DNA of 63,971 bases, filler included, from Octopus bimaculoides (taxonomy: Eukaryota): assembly GCF_001194135.2 (NCBI RefSeq). It is 6 parts of 6 records of this genome, joined end to end, with 100 filler letters (N's around TTAATTAATTAA, not from the genome) between each part and the next. Parts side by side here need not be neighbours in the genome. Positions count along the whole stretch, not along the records: positions 1 to 21,354 come from NC_068983.1; positions 21,455 to 52,553 come from NC_068992.1; 4 more parts are not named here. The stretch is one strand, 5' to 3'. Position 1 is the first letter of the stretch, and every line of letters begins with the position of its first letter. Positions 13,521-26,067 of the stretch are shown one piece after another. The notes under the pieces are model-generated. The model had not been told where the DNA came from and ran no database searches. It saw nothing but the letters and a program-made list of their open reading frames with translations. The translations under genes and the position numbers were made by a program.

Positions 13521-14211
13521 GTAGATGTACATTTTCATCCCCTTACTTCTACTGCAGCGCCCTCTGCTCCTCAGTTCACAAGTCACATTCCATCTCTTCT
13601 TAAGCTCTCCTTTCTCATTCATCTTCACATTGGTCTCCACTGCACCTTACTTTGCACCAACCACTACATACAAACCTCCCTCCCTTCCTTCCTTCTCAGA
13701 ACATCAAACTCTCAAGAATTCCCTCTTATATATGTCCTCTAGCAACTGTCAACTTGATCATTAACCACACTGATTACTGATTTCACTAGTTTTTAGAAGG
13801 CCTCTGCAGGCCATGAGAACAATCCAAGAGAAAACATAAATAACTAAAACAACTAAGGGTTGTGAACGATCCAATGAAGTGAAAAATTAATGGAAAAAAA
13901 GGCACAGTTACTTTGGGAGAAGACTTAGAAAGAAATATATTTCAGCAGAGATGGATATAAACTTAGCATGATTCTGAAAATATTGTGTAATATTTTTGGC
14001 TTGAATCTGGATTTAATCAATATATTTAAATGTAGACATTGTGCAAGTAGTCATTAGAAATATAAGAAAGAAAATTGTGAGGAAAAAGGAAATAGAGTAA
14101 AAAAACACTTGAACAATTATTTTTTTTCATTTTTACATTTTTTTTTTTTTTTGGTGAAGTTAAGTTTTAAATTATTTTCTATTGGGTTGGAAAATAATGA
14201 ATAGAAATTAC

Positions 14212-14431
14212 CATAATAGTAGCAAGGAAAATTCTTCCTCCGAATGTCATGAGGTCAGACAAAATTTTAATATAATGTAGCCGTGCTTGTATTGAAGTCA
14301 AATTCTTCTGGCCAGGTACTGAGAGACTTTGGTTCTGCCTCAAATAGTGGGTCAATGTTCGCCGCACATCTTTCATTTTCATGTTTTCTAAAATTGTCCT
14401 TGGAACAAATCTGTTTAAACCAAATTCTTTT
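14212..14431 (-). CDS. FRMPD4: FRMPD4/Preso-like protein, next FERM exon (220 nt, phase 2-0)
   Basis: Acceptor ttgttatttatttttcag|A, donor ATG|gtaatt. Encodes KEFGLNRFVPRTILENMKMKDVRRTLTHYLRQNQSLSVPGQKNLTSIQARLHYIKILSDLMTFGGRIFLATIM, matching FRMPD4 KEWGLETFLP...[27 protein letters not shown]. In frame with the 19346 exon across a 4914-nt GT-AG intron (GA|A = E). Confidence 0.92.
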
Positions 14432-15252
14432 CTGAAAAATAAATAACAAATAAGAGTAATTTGTAGAAAATTCTAAGAAGTTTATAAAAAGGATTTAGTA
14501 AAAGTAGCAATATTTATCATTTTATTGTTTAGCTGCAAGTCAACCCTAATTAAGCACTGTCGAATGTGTCCTATAGTCGAATGTGTCCCAGTCATGACCA
14601 TCTCTTCTTTTCGATTTTAAATTGTGTATCTAGGATTACGTTAACCTGTGTATTCTTTTCTTATTTAGGATGCTATAAAGTCTAATTTTAAAGAGATTTG
14701 CTGCTATTTCAAGCTGCTGGAATGATCCTGTCAAATCTTTTTTTTTTTTTTGGCTCACAATGTAGTATCTGAATGAGATAGTCAATGGCTTATTGCAAAA
14801 CTGATACTTTGATTACATGCTTGTTCACTTAAGAACATCATATCTGATTAATTCTGAACTTAGAGCTCTAACAGATAAGTGGGTGTTAAGTAAACTGCTC
14901 ATTTGTTATACAAGAGCAAATGTGATAAGAACTTTGAAGATAAGTGTACACCTATCTTATTTCATATCAAAGTAGCCTTTGGGCAAACTAGAAAATCGAA
15001 TTTAATAACATCTTCTTTGCTCCTTTATTCCCAAGAAAGGAAATACAAATTACTAAAATGTTTATTTCTAAGACCATCAAATGTAATAATGTTAGCTGCT
15101 GTACTGATAAAGATTTCCTGAAGCAATTCTCAGATCAGCCGTGTTTTTTTTTTTTTTTTCCACTAACTTTTCCAGTCCATCAATTTTACAAATTTTCTCT
15201 AGCTGCCATTGTCCAAACTAAAAAAAGGGTATGATGAAATATTTCATATTGC

Positions 15253-15470
15253 AGGTGGCACGTAAAAACACCATTTGAGCATGGCTGTTGCAAGTACTGC
15301 CAGATTGGCCCTCGTGCCAGTGGCACGTAAAAGCACCCACTACACTCTCAGAGTGGTCAGCGTAAGGAAGGGCATCCAGCTGTAGAAACTCTGCCAGATC
15401 AGATTGGAGCCTGGTGCAGCCTTCTGGTTTGCCAGTCCTCGGTCAAATCGTCCAACCCATGCTAGCATGC
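15253..15470 (+). mobile_element. SINE family C, plus orientation, tail lost
   Basis: Reverse complement of the 10307 copy. Other plus copies at about 20868-21022 and 24620-24742. Confidence 0.85.
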
Positions 15471-17838
15471 AAAGTTTATTACAAACTCAGCTACTAGGTT
15501 AAGATTCATACTGAAATATTTCCCCTGTATTATTTTATAGCTACAACTATGTTTTTGTTTTCTTTCTTTAACTGAGAGGTAACTTTTAGTCAACTCTAAA
15601 TGGTTCTGCAAATATCATTGAGCACTTACTACCCCTGACTTATTTTTCTATATTCATACCATTAATCCATTTGAATAATTTACCTTACTTTTTTTTTGTT
15701 AATGTTAAGCAAATTTTTACTGACAAAAAGTCATTTGTTGCTGTACTGATGAAGTTCAATAATACTGAAACATGGAAACATGTCTATCGTTGCCTTCCTT
15801 GCCAGCAAGCAAAGATCAAATTTGTCCCCTGAGCAAGTAAATAAATTTTGTAAAATTTACACATAATTTCATGAAACTTTTCTTTTGCATTGAGAGTCTC
15901 CAGCTGTTGCTGCCAAGAGTTTGCTTATTTTCTCCAACCAAGAAGGAAAATTTCAATTATTTGTGAATATTTGGCATACATCATTCAGCACATTACAACC
16001 TCAAGTTTTTTTTTTTTATAATAATAATGTCATTTACTGCAGTTGAAAGACACATCTAAATATCACACAAGAATTGAATTAACAAATAATTATATTGAAA
16101 CCTTATAAAAGCATAGATTTAAATATTAGAATTAATATGTATCAAAAACGTGTTATTCAATTAAATTTTTTAAATGAATAAAAAAAATGAATTGAAAGTA
16201 ATTTGAAATGATTCATTAACTAATTGTTTACATCTCATTTCACATATCGAAAAAATCATTACGTATTGATAAAACAATTTCTTTTTTAGTTTACTTTTAC
16301 TGAAAATTTCACTGTATTGTTTCTTTAATTAAAAATGGTCCATAAATTTATAATATATGTATTTTCATAATCTTTTAATATATATATAAAGGTAACATTT
16401 TATCCTTTGCAGAATAAACACAGCATTTAAAATCTGACTGAATGTAAAAAAAAAAATTACTTTCTCAGCAATTGATAGAAAACTGTTTCAAACATTTTTA
16501 GTTGCTCAAGAAATAATCAATCTTTTTTTGCATTGTTTTCTTTAATTATAACAATTGCAACAAGCATAGATGAGCACCAATTACAGAATTATGCTTTATA
16601 TTGTATATGCTTGCTGGAAGCCTATCCCAAAGAATGCCACTTAAGGGCATAGAAAGTAAGAAATTAAAGAGACTGATTTAATTTTAGTTATCTAACAATT
16701 TGGTTTGTTATGAAGACACTTTTAATGAGCTGCAGCTAATGTAGCCTGACAACATTCAATAGTTAAATCAATAACTAAGAGTGTAAGCTAAGTATCTTAC
16801 CCATGGTGCCTGCTACAAATGGTTTCTCATAAGTTGTTATATAATGTTAGGCAATACTGGAATACAATATATGCATAATGTATACTAAACATTTGAGTAA
16901 ATTTATTTGAAATGAGTGATTGGTCTGTAATTTCTTACTGATAAATAATCAGAGTTAATTTACATTACAGTTTGCAATCCTTCTCTCCAGAGATACAAAG
17001 TTATCTGAAAATTCTCTGTATAACAGAAAATCAAAAATTTAATAAAGAAAAAATATTTATTGTCATTGGTCAGCTTCAAACACCTAATTTAAGTTATAAT
17101 CAGATCTAAAATAGCAAAGGTGAGAGAGTGGTGTTGGGAAATTTGAAAGATAGCAATATGCTTGAGCTATGTAGTCTTCAAAGGAAAAAATCTTCATTTA
17201 TCATTGCATTTCACCACATATGGAAACATTTAGTGAGAACAGTCTTCATTGTAGATCATATCTAAGGGAAGCAAAATCTGCTGATTTGTGTAAAAAGTTT
17301 GCAACCTACAAGTATAATCTAGTGTTCAAAGGTCAAAGATCAGCACAGCAAAGACCAAAGAAGTGGTTCTAGACTCTTTAAGCATCAATTTGACACAGAA
17401 AATGTAAGATGGTCAATGACCAGATTCAAACAATGTATTTATTGCTTGTGGATTGACTGCATCACCAGTTACTTTACAGACTGGCTTCCAATCCATTTTC
17501 TAAAATTAAGTACTATAAATTACTTCTGTTATGACCAAATAGCTTGGAAGTTCACAATCACAGGGTTCTAGATTTGATCCTATTGTGTGGAATCTACAAC
17601 TAGACATTTTCTACCATAGCTTTGAACTAATCTGAACCTTATGAATGAAACTGTGTGAATAGCTCTGAAAGTTTGCTACGTATTACATTGTATCTATAAT
17701 GAAAAGGACTAGACTTACCACACCATGACATGCTTATTCTACCCAAGGATGATATTTTGGGTTCATTTGTCTGTGGAATACTCAGCCACTAACATGCTAA
17801 TTCAATGAATTTAGTAGTTCGGTTGATATAAAAAAAAA

Positions 17839-18157
17839 CTGACACTCCATCAGTTATGATAATGAGGGTTCCAGATGATCTAATCAATGGAGCAGTCTGC
17901 TCATGAAATTAGCATGCAAGTGGTTGACCACTCCACAGATACATGTACCCCTCACGTAGTTCTCAGGGAGATTCAGCATGACACAGTGTGTGACAAAGCT
18001 AGCCCTTTGAAATACAGGTACTACTCATTTTTGCCAGCTAAGTGGAGTTGAGCAGCATGAAATAAAGTGTCTTGCTCAAGGACACAATGTGTCACTGGGA
18101 ATTGAACTCATGACCTTACGATCATGAGCTGAATACCCTAGCCACTGAGCCACATGC
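17839..18157 (-). mobile_element. tRNA-derived SINE family D, CpG-depleted copy in the FRMPD4-like intron
   Basis: Minus strand: A box TGGCTCAGTGG, B box GAGTTCAATTCC, then GTGTCCTTGAGCAAGACACTT central motif. Confidence 0.85.
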
Positions 18158-19345
18158 TACTGAATAATCATCATAAAAAGTGGTGGAAATGCATTTATAT
18201 TTTAGTACAAGATAATCTTTCTATAACTTTGTACAAGCATGATAGACTATTACACATAGCAAGGCAACCCAGCTCTCAACAAATATGTGGCTTAAGTTTT
18301 GTTAGTGGGCCTATTGTCCTTTTCTTGTCATCTCATATTCATCAAAAATTATATGAAGGAAGCGGCTTTGATTTGTTAATAGACATAGTGCGTATAATGT
18401 TTAATATTAATTACATTAAATTCTTAGCAACAGTGAGAATAAAATCCCTGTCATTAGGGAAGTAGTTTTGCTTGATATAAATGCTTAGGAATTTATAACA
18501 CACTGTTAAATATCATTCATAAATTATCTTAGAGCAATTTAACAAAAAGAGAATATGTAGGGAGCATTTAATTTTAATTTCAATAATGCATTTCACACAA
18601 TGCTTTATGAAATATCTGCAGTAACAATTGTTCTCTGTTGGAGAAAGTTGTTAAGTGATGGATTTCTTAACAAGGATAATAAATAAAATTTTGGATGCTT
18701 GTTTTTGTTGTTGCATCAACAGCTAACATTTTGTAATAAATTAGACATGCTTGAAAAACTATAAAAAGATGGAAACATTTTCAAAAGCTCGTTGAATTTC
18801 CTTAAATCTTTACAACTAAAATAGCTTTAGCTTTAAATAATTTTGTCTGAAAATTAAATTTTGTCGAATTTATGCAATATTATTTTTTAAAATTATTGTA
18901 TCAAAGAAGGTTTAAACTTTAATGAACGGAAACAAAAGCATGTTAAAAAAGGGTTCATTTGAATGGAAGATATTGGCAAGCATATCATTTCTGTTTTAGG
19001 ATAATAATGAGTACCTGAATAAAATTTATTACTTTAGGTGGCATGTTGAAAACAATTAAATGCTAGAAAGAATATAAATTCTCTCATCAAAATTATAAAT
19101 AAAATTAGAAGGTATAGTTAATATGATAGTTACTATGAGCCAAGATTTAGATTAATCTTAAAATTATTGAATGATAATTTAAACTAAGAATTTGTTAATT
19201 ATTAATTATCCAATTAATTATATCAAATCTTGTAATAAAGGAAATTGACAATTAAAAAATTAGACTTAAAACTAATTATTTTCTAAGTTGTTGATATAAA
19301 GAGAAGAGAAAAGACATTTATTGTTTTATAAGAAATTGAACTTAC

Positions 19346-19482
19346 TCAAATGACTTCAGAGAAAATTTTGTTTGGGTTCCTCGGCTTGTAATATGTTGTT
19401 GAATATGAAGGGCTGCTAAACGGAACATACTCTCATATTTAAGGTCTCCAGCAAATCGTTCTTGGACGACATCGTTACAACA
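19346..19482 (-). CDS. FRMPD4: FRMPD4/Preso-like FERM and PDZ protein, FERM central-lobe exon (137 nt, phase 0-2)
   Basis: Not in the ORF track (too short). Acceptor atattttttag|TGT, donor GA|gtaagt. Encodes [46 protein letters not shown], matching human FRMPD4 [28 protein letters not shown]...KISLKYIE as I recall it. Probably co-orthologous to FRMPD1/3/4. Confidence 0.9.
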
Positions 19483-21354
19483 CTAAAAAATATAATTATA
19501 TGTAAAATCATATAATGCATGATATAAAGTGACAGACAGACAGAGATGAGATGAGAATACATAGATGATATTTAAAGATATAAAGAGCAATTTTAGACAG
19601 TAAAAAGAAAATATAACAGGAGAGCTGTACCATTAGAATAGACGACCCCAAATTAAGACCAGCATGCTACTGCATAGATTGTACTACTTAAGATTAAGGA
19701 TCAGTGGCAATATTTCCTCAACTATTATTTTTATTCATTATATTAAGGTTATTCTTTTTTGTTATCAGTCCTAAAGGCATGGCTGTTCTATTATAAACAC
19801 AAGTTGACCAAAACCTTCATCATCATCATCATTTAGTGTCTGTTGTCCATGCTGGAATAAGTTGGATGGTTTTTACCAGAGCTGGCAAGCTGGGTAGCTN
19901 NNNNNNNNNGTTGTCCATGCTGGAATAAGTTGGATGGTTTGACCAGGGCTGGCAAGCTGGGTAGCTACACCAGACTCCTGTCTGATTTGGCATGGTCTCT
20001 ATGGCTGGATGCCCTTCCTAATGTCAATCACTTTAAAGTCTGTGGAGTGTTTTTACACAGTATCACATGGACACTTTTATATTTTCAAAACTGAAACAAA
20101 TTATATTTTCAAAACTGAAACAAGAAAGTATTTCATTCAAATGTTAAGAATATGTTGTAATGTAAAATGACCAAAAAACAATTAATTTTGAACTAGATAC
20201 TCAATTAGGAAATGGCAAATAAATCAAGCCTGTGAAGTAAAAATAATACTGGGACATTTTATAAATGCCAGATGTTTTTAAAACTGTGTTATGAAAAGTT
20301 AACTAAAGATAACAGCATGGTGGGTCCTCTTTCAATTCCACTTTTCAAAACCCTTGTCCAATATCAGTAGTACCAACATTGTTATAATCATCACCATCAT
20401 CGTCATCATTAAGTTACCTCCACTCTCCATGTTGTTTTGAGTTGAATGAGTCATCATAACCTGAGCAAATTCTTATTCACAATTACTGCTTCCACCAGGC
20501 ATGGTTAAAGGATCATGCCTTGCACCTCTATTTCATTCTGGTATGGCTTCTATAGCTGAATGCCCTCCCTAACAACGAACATTTTCAGAGTGTACTGGGC
20601 ATTTTCAGAGTGTACTAGAAAGATTATCATGTCCTTCACAAGACCAAAGGAGTCTCCTGGCCTTATGATCTCCATTCATTCACCAACCACTTTAGAGAGT
20701 GTGTTTGGTGTATTTTGTTATAATACCAGCACTAGTGAGATTAGCTTGTAACCTACAAAATAGATGTGCTCACTACCCTGCATTGTTTCCATTCATGTAG
20801 GGCAATGTAAACAATATATTGAGTAGGAGAGAGTGCAGAATATGAATTAGGCTATACCTGTAAAATGGCTGGCATTAGGAAGGGCATCCTGCCATAAAAA
20901 CCATGCTAAAGCAAAGAAATGGTGCCTCGGCAGCTCTTCAGTTAGCTAGCTTCTGTCAAGCTGTCCAGCCCATACCAGCTTGGGAAGTGGACGTTAAATG
21001 ATGAAGATGATCATCATCATCGTAATCACTGTGACACTTCACACTACTCACATGAAATCATTTATGATATAACATTATCCATGCCATTCCCAGACCCTAA
21101 CATCACAATAATGCCTCTGTTACACTGCTGATAGTCTCTTTTCCTGTACCTCCATAACTGTCCTGAGTAATTACAACAATATAAGAAAAGATCAAAATGA
21201 AACAGATTAAAATAATCTATGTTGTTGAGTATTTTACCAAATACAATACACAAATTTATATGTGCATCTATGCATACATATTTGCACATATAGTAAACAC
21301 ACACACACAAACTCAAACATACAAGTGTATCTCTATATATTTATCTATCTACCT

Positions 21355-21454
21355 NNNNNNNNNNNNNNNNNNNNNNNNNNNNNNNNNNNNNNNNNNNNTT
21401 AATTAATTAANNNNNNNNNNNNNNNNNNNNNNNNNNNNNNNNNNNNNNNNNNNN
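21355..21454. other. Artificial scaffold join (44 N + TTAATTAATTAA + 44 N)
   Basis: Exactly 100 bp; the 12-mer has stop codons in all six frames. Confidence 0.95.
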
Positions 21455-23004
21455 CTGTTAATACTTCATATAGAGAATTAACATTGCTTGTTTTCACCTT
21501 TTCAATATCAGTGAAGAATGTCACTGGAAAAGAAGATATAAGGTTTGCCAGATTTGTCTCTCTCACCAAGGTCATCAGCTGTCGAACGCCGACGAAGGGA
21601 AATAACCCTGAAATCCGGATACGTTCGTGCTGCTGGTCGAGGTGAGAGGGATAACTCCCTTGGCAAACAGGACACAGTCGTGTGTCGATAAGCCAGCTGG
21701 AGGAGATGTCCTCCTGGGGCTAAAAGCAACAGTAACATCCACCCCTAGGGGTCAGCCACACTTAAGTGGCAATATACTACACTTTATCGTGCAGTTACTG
21801 TTAATACTTCATATAGAGAATTAACATTTTTCTTATCTTTTTCCTTTAATTCTAAGATTTTAAATATTTTGAATATTTCATATAAATTTACTGGTTAAAT
21901 AAGATAAAAGAAAATTATTTCCTCTTGCATAGCCTTTTGTATATCCTTTTTAACGCAGTTGTAACAAATGCAACGTTTTTGCTCTTGTTTATTTTATTCT
22001 CTATTATTCGTCAACAATATATTTTCGTTAAAGTTCAAACTTAAAAGAATTTATTTCTGTAGCTTCTACTTTATTTTTTTTTTCTTACAATAATTCTAAT
22101 TGTAAATTTTCAAAAGAAGTGGGAAATGTCGATCGTGCTTAAGGAATTTTATAAGATTCTTTTTCCTTTAAGAAGAGTTTTAAAATTAGTTATATAGAAG
22201 AAAAGTTTGGTAATACAAGAGAATAACTTGAAGAAATCAGTGAGTTAAGCATGTGAAAACTATACGGAAACATAAAGTAGTTGCAAATGGGTCTACAGTG
22301 GCATTATTTGAGCATAATGCAGGAAAGGGTAGTGAGCTGGTAGAATCGTTAAAGGAGTTGAAAAAATTGCTTTGCACTATATTTTATGATTCTTCGTGTT
22401 CTGCGTTCAAATTCCACCGAGGTCAACATTGCCTTTCATCCTTCCAGAGTTGATGATATAATGGACTTTATCAAGTACAAAGGTCGATATAATCGATTAA
22501 TGCCTTCTTTTCACCAATTGCTGGCCTTGTACCAAAATCAGAAACCATTCTTTTAACACAATGCTTGGAAGGCCTTGGATTAACGGATTCGTTAGAGTAT
22601 TGGTTAAAATACCTTGTGGCATTTAATCGCAGCCCATTATGTTCAGAATTCAAATCACTCTGAGATCCCATTTAACATTCATCCTTTGGAATTTATGAAT
22701 ATAATTGCCTCTTTCCCTCCACCCGCAAAAGATGTTACTTTAGGTCTATATTAGACATCTTATATCTAATATCTTTTACTCGTTTCAGTTATTAGACTGC
22801 GGCCATGCTGGGTTACCGTCTTGAAGAACTTATTTTTTAAGCTTGGTATTTACTCTATCGATTTCTTGCCGAACCGCTAGATTACTGGGGCATAAACATA
22901 CCAACACCACAAATAAAGTATATTCTTTTTCTCTTTTTAATTTAGAGTAAATTTTGATCGGTCACCTACTTGGTAGCAAGGTTGTGAAGGGAAGCATCTT
23001 ATTT

Positions 23005-23790
23005 TACTCATCGTCTTTTAAATCTTAAGAAGGTCTTTCAGACTTTTATAGTCCTAGATATCGTAATCAATTGTAGAGTGTGAATTAAGGATTTGCCATC
23101 TCTCCCCAAGATCCCAAATTCAGTCATATTTTGCTCCAGACGGGTCGGTATGTATCGTGTTGTTCCAACAATAATAGGTATGAAGCTGAAAGTGTATCTT
23201 GAGTATTGGATTTACAAACTCCTTATTAGTGGTCCCTAGCTGTCCTCTTCCTCTTGGATTTTTCGAAACACATTTGTGTTCCAGAGGGCAGCTGATTTCC
23301 ACAACAGAACATATCTCTTCTGTCTAGTCCCACACAACAATATTTGGCCAGTTGTGTTTTAACTTGGTTGTTGTTTTAATTTTTTTAAGTTCCACCAATA
23401 TTCTTTTGACCCATCGCTTTCAATAAAGTCAACTTTGTCTGTAGATGTTTTCTTTCTGGTTATTCTATTCTAGATCGTTCTGCCCACTGCATCATACCTC
23501 ATGGGAAAATAATATCTGGAAGACATCCTCTTACAGTTGACGATAATGTGGTTGGTGTCTTCAGTCTTGATCTTGCACAGCCTACATTTGTAGTCTGCCA
23601 GCGTTTTCTATCTCTTATGCTGTAAGTACTTGGTGGAGATCTCTTGTGCTTGAATTCCGTGGAGGTAGCCTTCAAAGTGGTGTGGGAGGGAGTCAACTCT
23701 TGATCAAGTCGTAAGTACACCGTCGATATATATGCCGACCGTTGCACTTCTGAATCCAACGGATGTAATTTCTCATTCTATCCAATACTG
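23005..23790 (-). mobile_element. R4/Dong-like non-LTR retrotransposon 3' fragment (CCHC knuckle plus REL endonuclease region)
   Basis: Translates to EGYLHGIQAQEISTKYL..*..CRLCKIKTEDTNHIIVNC..MSSRYY..MRYDAVGRTI, later FSFIPIIVGTT. Interrupted by stops. Confidence 0.8.
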
Positions 23791-23878
23791 TATTAATTCT
23801 GCCAGTTATCCATCTTCACTCATGTGTGTGCATGTATGTATGTAATGTATGTATATACCTACATACATTTAAGAGGAG

Positions 23879-24057
23879 GAGCACTCCGTCGGTTACGACT
23901 ACGAGGATCCCAGATGATACGATCAACAGAACAGCTTGCTCGTGAAATTAACGTTCAAGTGGCTGAGCACTCCACAGACACGTGTACCTTTAACTTAGTT
24001 CTCAAGGAGACTCAGCGTGACACAGAGTGTGACAAGACTGGCCTTTTGAAATACAGT
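23879..24057 (-). mobile_element. SINE family D 3' fragment, CpG-intact
   Basis: Aligns to 17839-18020. Further fragments at about 10140-10290 (-) and 61092-61143 (+). Confidence 0.85.
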
Positions 24058-24758
24058 GAAATACATTAAACGTGTCATAACGTAACATTGTATGGTTGAA
24101 TACGTTGAGTATAATAAAATACTCAATCGATGTTATGTCCGCCTCCGAACGTTTTATAGTCGTTTGGAGTACAAAAGTGAAATGTGTTAAATGTGAAATG
24201 CATTAAATGTGTCATGGCGCAACATTGGTTGAATGCGTGGAAAGCTTTATAGTCAGTAAACGTACAGAAGTTACTTCCCTTGCATAAGGGAAGTAACTCA
24301 TTGTTCAATTTTCATTTTGTTAGAAATGGAATGCACGAAATACATTAATGTAATCAAGTTTTCTATAAATAAGAGACTGGATAAAAAAAAAAGTCACATT
24401 ACACAATAGAAAAACCCAAAGAAGGAAAGAGAAAAAAGAAATAAAGGAGATTACAGTTGAACAAGTATCTAGAGAAGGGGACGAGCAATCAAAGATAACC
24501 TAAAAATATTTTTTAAATAATAAATATTAAAAAAATTACTTATTCTTTTCTCAAGTTTATTGTTTGTGTATTTATTTATTCTTTTATTTAATTATACATT
24601 ATTTTTTGTATATTTTTAGGCCAGTGGCATGTTAAAGCATGTAAAAAGCACTCGGAGTGGTTGGCCTTAGGAAGGGCAGCCTTCAGTCAAACCGTCCAAC
24701 CCATGCCAGCTTGGAAATCAGACGTTAAACGACAATGATGATCATTAATTGCTCCTCC

Positions 24759-25056
24759 TGGTCTTGTGTGGTCAGGAGAAACTATGTTGTGGTTTACCAA
24801 CCGCTTATGAGAGCTAAAATGCTAGAAAGAGATGTCCAACTTCAACAGGAGGCTTTGCAATTTTAGAATTAATAATTAGAAACGATATTCATAGATTAAT
24901 GTGGCTAGAGTACATTTTAAAAAGTATATATTTTGACTGAACAGGTACCAGTGAAATAAAAAGATACAAATTTAACTTAAAAATAAAGAGCATTTTATCT
25001 CTCATTAGTGGCTGGTAAACCATGACAACATAGTTCCTTCTGACCACACAAGACCA
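24759..25056. mobile_element. Foldback MITE with about 65-bp terminal inverted repeats
   Basis: TGGTCTTGTGTGGTCAG...GAGAGCTAAAATGCT (24759-24823) versus AGCATTTTATCTCTC...CTGACCACACAAGACCA (24989-25056). Superfamily not determined. Confidence 0.8.
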
Positions 25057-25970
25057 ATACTCATCTATTTGACCTTTCTCCCGACCTCCATTTTATTACC
25101 CTTACCCTTTCCCCCCTACCTTCAATAGCCTACCTCCATAATATATCATTTGCTTTATTTCTCCTTGACTTTATCAATCCCTATGAACTCTCACCCTTAC
25201 CCTACCCTGTTGAATGGTAATGCCAGCCTCTCTTAACAATCTATTATCTATCTATTTATCTTATTTATTTTTACTTACAAACCTCCCCCCCCCCCTTTCA
25301 CTCAGATCTACAAATCTATTATGATGCCTTGTGTATCTGCTGATCTCTCGACTCTTCTCCCATGAATATCAAACTGCTACATCTCTTCTCTCAGCTGGAT
25401 GCATTACTCAACCCACTTTCTGACTTACCTAGGAATATACATAAGGAGGTACACCTTCACGGGGATATGGATAAACCCCCTACACCCTCCAAAACAGAAT
25501 GAATTGAGCTATAACAAACCTGAACTTTATACCTTGTTACACATTTCTCTACAGCTCCTCATAAGTTTCCTGCTTATATATATTCTTATATTTTTCTATA
25601 TATATTCTTTATATTTTGTCTCCAATGACGGAATAACCAGTATAAGGAATATGTGGATCAACACATTGATCCATTACCTGGGATATCCCAGAAACAGCAA
25701 TAAGACACTATTATTTATTTTTGCTTACTTTCCTTCCCCAGCAAACTAATCTAAATAAACTGATAAGCTTGTCTTGCCTTGATTTTGCTTTCCTCTTCTT
25801 TAAATTATACTAACTCAGAGATAGGCTATGAGTCCCCAGATCTCTCCCTACTGGACAGTGGCAACCACAACTCCAGCCCCTGTTGTGAACTTGGATCTTA
25901 GCAGTTTTTCAATTGGAACACTCACACTGAATACCTATTATTTTAGATCATCAGCGACCTAAGCTTTTCC

Positions 25971-26008
<38 letters not shown>

Positions 26009-26026
26009 NNNNNNNNNNGCACACAC

Positions 26027-26061
<35 letters not shown>

Positions 26062-26067
<6 letters not shown>

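Noticed and set aside
15776-15785. p53 response-element half-sites (AAACATGTCT here; others at about 8750, 18743, 30477 and 59111)
   Set aside because: Only isolated decamers with no adjacent second half-site; expected by chance.
19850-19950. Direct repeat around a 10-N gap
   Set aside because: Typical unmerged contig overlap inside a SINE C copy.
21399-21410. TTAATTAATTAA as a biological palindrome or binding site
   Set aside because: In five places it is centred in exactly 88 Ns, so it is an assembly linker. Similar TTAATT runs elsewhere (about 8920 and 11745) are ordinary AT-rich sequence.
21480-21590. CTGATGA on the minus strand as a hammerhead core (also plus-strand CTGATGAG at about 12905, 28404 and 41980)
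   Set aside because: No properly closed stem II followed by GAAA, and no matching stems I/III.
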